From contig CM022669.1 in assembly GCA_012295275.1 (NCBI GenBank), positions 4,526,001 through 4,590,000 of the forward strand: a stretch of 64,000 nt of DNA, read 5' to 3'. Positions 55,400-64,000 of the stretch are shown here, piece by piece (position 1 is the stretch's first letter; the number at the start of each line of letters is the position of its first letter). This DNA comes from Chrysomallon squamiferum. Taxonomy: Eukaryota; Animalia; Mollusca. The translations under genes were made by a program, and so were the position numbers. The notes under the pieces were generated by a model that saw nothing but the letters and a program-made list of their open reading frames with translations, did not search any database and had not been told where the DNA came from.

Positions 55400-56206
55400 C
55401 TACATGTAACATCATTGTGAACTGTGCTGTTCTCACACATACATCTCTTGTGTAAGTGTTGTTACGTGTAACATCATTATGAACTGTGCTGTTCTCACAC
55501 ATCTCTTGTGTAAGTGTTGTTACGTGTAACATCATTATGAACTGAGCTGTTCTCACACACACATCTCTTGTGTAAGTGTTGTTACGTGTAACATCATTAT
55601 GAACTGAGCTGTTCTCACACACACATCTCTTGTGTAAGTGTTGTTACGTGTAACATCATTATGAACTGTGCTGTTCTCACACACACATCTCTTGTGTAAG
55701 TGTTGTTACGTGTAACATCATTATGAACTGTGCTGTTCTCATACATCTCTTGTTTAAGTGTTGTTACATGTAACATTGTTATGAACTGTGCTGTTCTCAC
55801 ACACACATCTCTTGTGTAAGTGTTGTTACGTGTAACATCATTATGAACTGTGCTGTTCTCACACATACATCTCTTGTGTAAGTGTTGTTACGTGTAACAT
55901 CATTATGAACTGTGCTGTTCTCACACACACATCTCTTGTGTAAGTGTTGTTACGTGTAACATCATTATGAATGAACTGTAAGTGTTGTTACATGTAACAT
56001 CATTATGAACTGTGCTGTTCTCACACCTACATCTCTTGCATAAGTGTTGTTACGTGTAACATCATTGTGAACTGTGCTGTTCTCACACATAGATATCTTG
56101 CATAAGTGTTGTTACGTGTAACATCATTATGAACTGTGCTGTTCTCACACCTACATCTCTTGTGTAAGTGGTGTTACATGTAACATCATTATGAACTGTG
56201 CTGTTG
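55400..56206. repeat. Minisatellite of about 62 bp, 14 units, containing the palindromic TGTTAC(G/A)TGTAACA
   Basis: Unit catctcttgtgtaagtgttgttacgtgtaacatcattatgaactgtgctgttctcacacaca. Confidence 0.97.
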
Positions 56207-56698
56207 TGGTTCTTCCACATATCACAAGTTAATTGTTTCTGCTTCAGTAAAGTTCTGTTTAATGTTTCCTGTCTTCTGTTTTTTTTTAAAGATTTATGGT
56301 GATGTAAGAATCATAAAACTTATTTTAAACTGACAAGACACTTTGGAAACAATATATTTATATAATCCTGTACACAAAATGCTTGGGACCAAAAGTAATT
56401 CATTTTCACAATGTTTCCATTACATTTCCTCTACATCTTATTCAAACAGATTATATAAAATTTTGAATAATTTTAAGCATAAAATAAAGTTTGTATTTGC
56501 AAAATAGATTTCAGATTCCTGAACTTTCCTCAACTTGTTTATTCTCTGACATGTCTAGTTATGCAGGTAAGATATGACACAAAACCAGTTTTCTAGAGCA
56601 TCCTTTCTTGGTTATCAAACTTTGTGATATGTATATTCAGGTTAAAACTTATTTAAATTTTAAAAATATTTGTAATTACCTGGTGATATTATTTTGTA

Positions 56699-56699
<1 letters not shown>

Positions 56700-56741
<42 letters not shown>

Positions 56742-57145
56742 CAGACATTTAGAAATACAAACATACACACTCAGTACAAAGTTACAAATGCTCACACACA
56801 CACACACACAGACACATAATCAAACTCACTTAAACATATATACACCTTAAACCTAACACACACAGACACATTCAGTTACAAAAAGACTCACTCACAGAAA
56901 CACATTCACACACATATACACAGTCATACTCACATACTAACTTACACATATATACATCCTACATTTAATACACACACACACAACACATACACATTCACTT
57001 ACACAAACATTCACATACAGACTCACTCACTTACATTTACACACATACACACACACACACACACATACACACAAACACACACAAACACACACAAATACAC
57101 AAACACTCACTCACAGAACACACATACACACACAAATACACAACA
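56700..57145. repeat. CA-rich low-complexity tract
   Basis: Directly visible. Confidence 0.88.
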
Positions 57146-60100
57146 TCCTACGAGAACTCCCATTCAGTGATTTTACCATTAATACACAATAACAGCTGTA
57201 ATGAGAGATCAATTCACTGGCCGGTCTCAGATTGATCTCTACATTGTCAGTGCAATTTGCAGCTGCTTGACAGCCAGCATTTGTTACTTCTTATCAGTAG
57301 CACACAATTTCTTTACACTTCTAAATAAATAAGAAAATACACACTTTCATATACTGGAGAAGTTGGGCTTCGTATAAAAAGTTTCATCTTATAAGTAGTA
57401 GATAAATGTTTTATGTTATCTTTAATCTTTTGGACAAGAAAGACTGGCATAAAAAAGAAAACTTTACTCTAAACTGATTTTCCTATCAAAGGAAAGATCA
57501 GAATTGATTAGGTAAAAGAAATGGACTTGAGAATATGGAATAGAAAATTAAACTATTTGAAAAAAATGGAGGCCTTTATTGTGATTGGCCCCAGCAGATT
57601 TCAGTATCATTTATTATCATATAAAATAATGAACTTTCAAAAGTATATAAAATTTAATAATGGAAGATAATTGAATATAATGAATTAATGATGATAATTA
57701 TAATAGATATCAATTCTGACATTTTAATTTGTCCGAAAAACATAGAGAGAAACTGATTATGTATGAAATATCTATAACCTTTCTGTCTGTCTGTTTTTCT
57801 ATCCATCTATCAACACATGCATTTATATATACATACAGATGAGTGGAGGCTTAAAGTGAATGAAAAAAAAAAAATCCGTACATACAAACAAACAGACAGA
57901 GCTAAAAATGAAGAGAGAAAATCTCAAACAATTCATGTTTAAAACTCCAACACAGAAATTCTCTTTGCCACTGGGCACGTATTTTTTTGATTGGAAAAAA
58001 TCAAGCAGGAAATAAGCCCCATCACTTTTTAACACAAGCAAATAAAAGAGTGGAATCCTCCATTTAATACTTTCACGCTTAACTCAGAAAAACGAAGAGA
58101 AAAGAAAACGAATCTTGCTTACAGCCATTTACAGATTACATGACAGTTTTAGTGAAGTCAATGAGAGTTTCAGAATTAAATATCTTTTCTAGCTTTACTA
58201 TTTTAACATAAAATTTATGGGTCAATTTTTTTTTTTTTTTTTTATTTTTTTTTTTAAATCTCTTTCTCTGAACATGATGTCCAAATCAGATGTTAAAAAT
58301 TAATTTTTTTTTTTTTTTTTTTTTTAAATCTTCTGCAGGATAGAAAAAAATATTCCTGAAGAGAGAGTGTGAGAGAGACAAAAAAAAATCTTTTCAAGGA
58401 GAAAGAAATAATAATTCTTGGTTAGTTTTGAGTTAAGTGTGTTAAGAAAGCAGGAGTTAATCAAGTTAAAACAACATAACTCAGAACAAATCACTCTGAC
58501 AGGGATTCTGGAGGCCGGAAGTTAAAACAATAATGTCCACGTTGAAGGTTAAAGAAAACATTTTTATTTATTAACCATACTTTATTGAGCTTATGATAAA
58601 ACATAAATTACCAAAATAAATATTGTAGTTTTTTGTTAATAATGATGAAAAATATAGGAAAAACTGAGATTAGTAAGAAACAGAAATAAATTTTAAAAAT
58701 ACATGATTTTATAGATTACACCATTGCAGATATTTGAGAAATCACAACATGGGCAGAAAATGTGATTGGTAAAAAAAAAAAAAAATAAAAATAAGCAAGA
58801 CGTTATTAAACATCAGACAGATAGACAGACAGAGAGACAGAGAAACAGTGAGGGAGAATGAGAGAGACAGAAAAACAGAGAAAGAGAAAGAATGAGGAAA
58901 GAAAAAAGAAAGTCAGAGTGAAAGACAGAGTGAAGATGAAGAGAGAGAGAAAGAGCCAGAAAACCACTGAGAGATAAACACAGAGACACAAACAGACAAA
59001 CATCTTAGATAAACTTCTAAATAACCTTCTACTGAAAAATATTCAAGGAAATCAGTCACTGTCACATAATTAATTACAGACAAAACACTTCATTAAACAA
59101 GAGAAAAACAGGCAGTGAGATAAATTTAATTTCTAAACACTACACCATTCAAAACTCTCAAGCAAAACACATACTGGTCATTTTATTAAACACAACACAA
59201 AGAATGAAATCCAAGATGTAAGTGACCACATTTCAGGACCAAAGTGATATCACATTATTCACAAAACACTAAACTCATCAATGCTCTATTTGTTTGTTTC
59301 TTTATTCATCAAGGCCAAATTGAATTACTGAATAAGGAGTGTGTGGCAAATGAGGTAGGTAATATCAATTGTATACAGACTGTGCTGTGTAATATAATTA
59401 TATTACCTATGGATGGGATAAAAATGTCAGTTACTAAATCAGAGTGGATAATGCTGAAAGGATAACTTTTGTGATCCCAGGCTCAGACAGCCTGATTAAT
59501 TCAGACAGCCAGAGTTTGCACACACACACAAGTCTCTTTGTTAAAATAATTTATATTTTTAATTAGCATCTCACTGCAGTATCTGATGAAAGTGTGTAAT
59601 ACTGTTTTGTATTTAATATTGAATAATGCTCTTATCTCATGTTAGCAAACAATACATTTCTTATGCTTAATACTGACTGATACTTGTATTAATATATTAG
59701 TGTACTATATAATTTTATATTTAATGTTAATATTTTTTTATTAATGTTTTAGCGTACAATATAATTCATATTTAACACTGGCTAATATTGTCATTAATAT
59801 ATTAGTGTACAACATAATTTAACATTTAATTATTATTAACCTATACTGTTATTAACATCTGAAGTTCACCAAAGTTTGTTATTTAATGCTGACTAATATC
59901 ACTAATAATAAATACAATGGAAAACTTTGCTTCCCAACTCTGCTGTTATCTGGCAGAGATGTCAGCTGATTTTTACTTCATACACAAAGAATTCACTGCA
60001 GAAAGGTGCTGAGTGCAGTTTTCATGCATTTGTGTGATTGCTACATAAATCACACTGATTTATCTCTTTATCCTACAAGCATAACACCATTTATCTCTGT

Positions 60101-60397
60101 CACATTTTCAACAGCATAAACAGAAAATCAAACATTGAGGATATATTTAAAATGGACATTGATAAGTTTCTCTATTAATATCTGGCATTGTAACGTAACA
60201 GCAGGATGCCATGGAAGTCATTTACACGTTGTCACAGCAACCCTGATATCCAACTCGATCATTATAATACCTGACAGATCAGTCATAAAGCAATGGTTGG
60301 AACAGGAAATGTTTATATCTGTAAGTACTCATCCATCAGGTTTCAGACAAGCTATCTAACCAGTGAACTCAGATATAAAAAAAATCACAAAAATAAC

Positions 60398-62221
60398 ACA
60401 GACAAAACATTAGTGAAATCATCAGACAGACATAACATTAGTGAAATCATCAGACAGACAAAACATTAGTGAAATCATCAGACAAACATTAGTGAAATCA
60501 TCAGACAGACAAAACATTAGTGAAATCATCAGACAAACATTAGTGAAATCATCAGACAGACAAAACATTAGTGAAATCATCAGACAGACAAAACATTAGT
60601 GAAATCATCAGACAGACAAAACATTAGTGAAATCATTAGACAAAACATTAGTGAAATCATCAGACAAAACATTAGTGAAATCATCAGACAAAACATTAGT
60701 GAAATCATCAGACAGACAAAACATTAGTGAAATCATCAGACAGACAAAACATTAGTGAAATCATCAGACAGACAAAACATTAGTGAAATCATTAGACAAA
60801 ACATTAGTGAAATCATCAGACAGATAAAACATTAGTGAAATCATCAGACAGACAAAACATTAGTGAAATCATCAGACAGACAAAACATTAGTGAAATCTT
60901 CAGACAGATAAAACATTAGTGAAATCATTAGACAAAACATTAGTGAAATCATCAGACAGATAAAACATTAGTGAAATCATTAGACAAAACATTAGTGAAA
61001 TCATCAGACAAAACATTAGTGAAATCACCAGACAGACAAAACATTAGTGAAATCATCAGACAGACAAAACATTTGTGAAATCATCAGACAAAACATTAGT
61101 GAAATCATCAGACAGACAAAACATTAGTGAAATCATCAGACAGACAAAACATTAGTGAAATCACCAGACAAAACATTAGTGAAATCATCAGACAGACAAA
61201 ACATTTGTGAAATCATCAGACAGACAAAACATTAGTGAAATAATCAGACAAAACATTAGTGAAATCATCAGACAGACAAAACATTAGTGAAATCATCAGA
61301 CAAAACATTAGTGAAATCATCAGACAAAACATTAGTGAAATCATCAGACAGACATAACATTAGTGAAATCATCAGACAGACAAAACATTAGTGAAATCAT
61401 CAGACAGACAAAACATTAGTGAAATCATCAGACAAAACATTAGTGAAATCATCAGACAGACAAAACATTAGTGAAATCATCAGACAGATAAAACATTAGT
61501 GAAATCATCAGACAGACAAAACATTAGTGAAATCATCAGACAGACAAAACATTAGTGAAATCATCAGACAGACAAAACATTAGTGAAATCTTCAGACAGA
61601 TAAAACATTAGTGAAATCATCAGACAGACAAAACATTAGTGAAATCTTCAGACAGACAAAACATTAGTGAAATCATCAGACAGACAAAACATTAGTGAAA
61701 TCTTCAGACAGATAAAACATTAGTGAAATCATTAGACAAAACATTAGTGAAATCATCAGACAGATAAAACATTAGTGAAATCATTAGACAAAACATTAGT
61801 GAAATCATCAGACAAAACATTAGTGAAATCACCAGACAGACAAAACATTAGTGAAATCATCAGACAGACAAAACATTTGTGAAATCATCAGACAGACAAA
61901 ACATTAGTGAAATCATCAGACAGACAAAACATTAGTGAAATCATCAGACAGACAAAACATTAGTGAAATCACCAGACAAAACATTAGTGAAATCATCAGA
62001 CAGACAAAACATTTGTGAAATCATCAGACAGACAAAACATTAGTGAAATAATCAGACAAAACATTAGTGAAATCATCAGACAGACAAAACATTAGTGAAA
62101 TAATCAGACAAAACATTAGTGAAATCATAAGACAGACAAAACATTAGTGAAATAATCAGACAGACAAAACATTAGTGAAATAATCAGACAGACAAAACAT
62201 TAGTGAAATCTTCAGACAGAC
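60398..62221. repeat. Satellite array of about 1.8 kb with 28/24-bp units (acattagtgaaatcatcagac[agac]aaa)
   Basis: About 65-70 near-identical units that vary by one AGAC tetramer and a few point variants. Confidence 0.98.
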
Positions 62222-62539
62222 TTCAGAGCTGCAACAAGAAAAATCATGACATAATTCAGAACTGGGGATGATTTGAAATAAATCCATTATTTCGGTGAGG
62301 CTGTTTAAAGAATTAGTACAGAAGACCTGTCTGTAGAACAACAAATATGTCTGGCCATTTTCACACTACTGGAACACTTTGTAGATGGGAGGAGATCACT
62401 GTAATGACAGAAAGTATTGGTCTGGACATTTACCATAGATAACTATGTCAGAATGCACAGGTTATTTAAATAGGCAATATCAGAAATCACTTGTATCTGA
62501 AATACATTGGATAACTAACACACTAAGAAGATGTGGCTG

Positions 62540-63675
62540 TGAGTGTGTTGAACAATATCTGATTTTTATATGTCATTGTAATATGTTTAACAAAATGTAA
62601 TTGCCACAGTAAATAATTATCATACATTTGACCATATGTAATTATTATATAATGGACAGTACATGACTGTTATACTGAACAATTAATAATTATGATGCAT
62701 TTAAACATATGTAGTTGTCATATTGAAGAATAGAGAATTACCCTGCACTGAACAGTATATAATTATGATACATTGAATAATATAAGCAACTATCATATAT
62801 GAACAATATGTCATACAGTTAACAAAATGTTACTGTCATTTATTTAACAATGTTTGTCATATATTTAACAATAAGTTACTGTCACTCATTTAACAATATG
62901 TTTGTCATATATTTAACAATACGTTACTGTCATATATTTAACAATATGCAACTGTCATATATTTTTTTAGCAATAAATAACAGCCATACATTTAACAGTG
63001 TTAGTCATATATTTAAAAATATGCTACTGTCATATATTTATGTATACATAACAGCCATACTTTTAACAATATTATGCTATTTACCAGTATCACCAATGTG
63101 ATACAACATATATTTTACAATATATTACTGACATGTATTTAATAAAATGTGTGACTCATATATTAAACACTGTGTTAATGTCATATATTTTACAATACAT
63201 TACTGACATGTATTTAACAATGTGTGACTCATATATTAAACTGTGTTAATGTCATATAATTAACAATATGCTACTGTCATTTATTTAACAATATGCTACT
63301 GTCATATATTTAACTATACATAACAGTCATACATTTAACAATACCATGCAATTCACCAGTATCACCAATGGGATACAACAAATATACATTTAACAATATA
63401 TTACTGACATGTATTTAACTGTGTGACTCATACATTAAACACTGTGTTAATGTCATATATTTAACAATACATTACTGACATGTATTTAACAATGTGTGAC
63501 TCATACATTAAACACTGTGTTAACAGCCATACATTTAACAATATATTACTGACATGTATTTAACAATGTGTGACTCATATATTAAACTCATATGTGTTAA
63601 TGGCCATACATTTAACAATATTTGCTTTTCAACAGTATGACCAAAGGGATACAACAAACATATATTTAACAATGC
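62540..63675. repeat. Degenerate AT-rich minisatellite (~25-bp catatatttaacaatatgttactgt units forming ~75-bp higher-order blocks)
   Basis: Repeated attactgacatgtatttaacaatgtgtgactcata(t/c)attaaacactgtgttaa blocks at 63120-63600. Confidence 0.85.
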
Positions 63676-64000
63676 TGAAAACGGTGTGTGTCAGATGCTA
63701 ACGTCATGTCTCATGTTGTATATTAACTGTACCGGACTCTTGTAAAACTTAACAGCAGGTCAGAGGTGACCTGGCGGCACTCAACAAGCTGTGTTTTAAT
63801 CTCCTGTTTCACCTGCAATCACACTCTATAAACCACACAAGGCATAATGAATTATCTAACACGGTGAGATGTTTAAGAACCAACAGAGAGTACAGAAAGA
63901 TGGGCATGAAAAAAACAGACACTGGTAAAAAAAAAAAAAAAAAATGTGAGATGAATTACTTGAGTTACAAGTGATTTTTAAACTTATCTTTTTAACGTGG

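Noticed and set aside
59407-59453. 47-nt minus-strand segment with cctttcag| and |gtaata (possible UTR or cryptic exon)
   Set aside because: No homology or expression evidence, and it cannot be linked to the FOCAD frame.
60398-62221. CRISPR-like or hammerhead-satellite interpretation of the 28-bp array
   Set aside because: No unique spacers and no cas genes in a eukaryotic context. CTGATGA lacks a same-strand GAAA and stem II.
228-63101. Most ORFs in the supplied six-frame track (poly-CV, HT, I/L/N, SL, ER and F-rich peptides)
   Set aside because: They are translations of microsatellites and low-complexity DNA with no recognisable domain. Only part of 43018-43338 is a real exon in its listed frame.

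Overview
A very AT-rich, CpG-depleted, microsatellite-dense eukaryotic (animal) window that is almost entirely intronic. The base composition and decayed SINE-like fragments resemble gastropod mollusc genomes, but this is an unverified impression. Nearly all ORFs in the supplied track are artefacts of simple repeats. The only well-supported coding sequence is three consecutive, phase-compatible minus-strand exons (45505-45576, 43202-43356, 39301-39402). They splice into about 109 aa resembling the N-terminus of focadhesin (FOCAD/KIAA1797). I could find neither the start-codon exon nor the next downstream exon, which implies very long flanking introns (>18 kb and >39 kb). These introns hold minisatellites, a 1.6-kb tandem duplication, decayed tRNA-SINE pieces, a CpG-retaining motif-dense and structured island near 47.8-48.1 kb, and a CTCF-like motif inside a coding exon. 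I found no convincing novel multi-gene system. The findings are mostly regulatory or repeat-evolution hypotheses.
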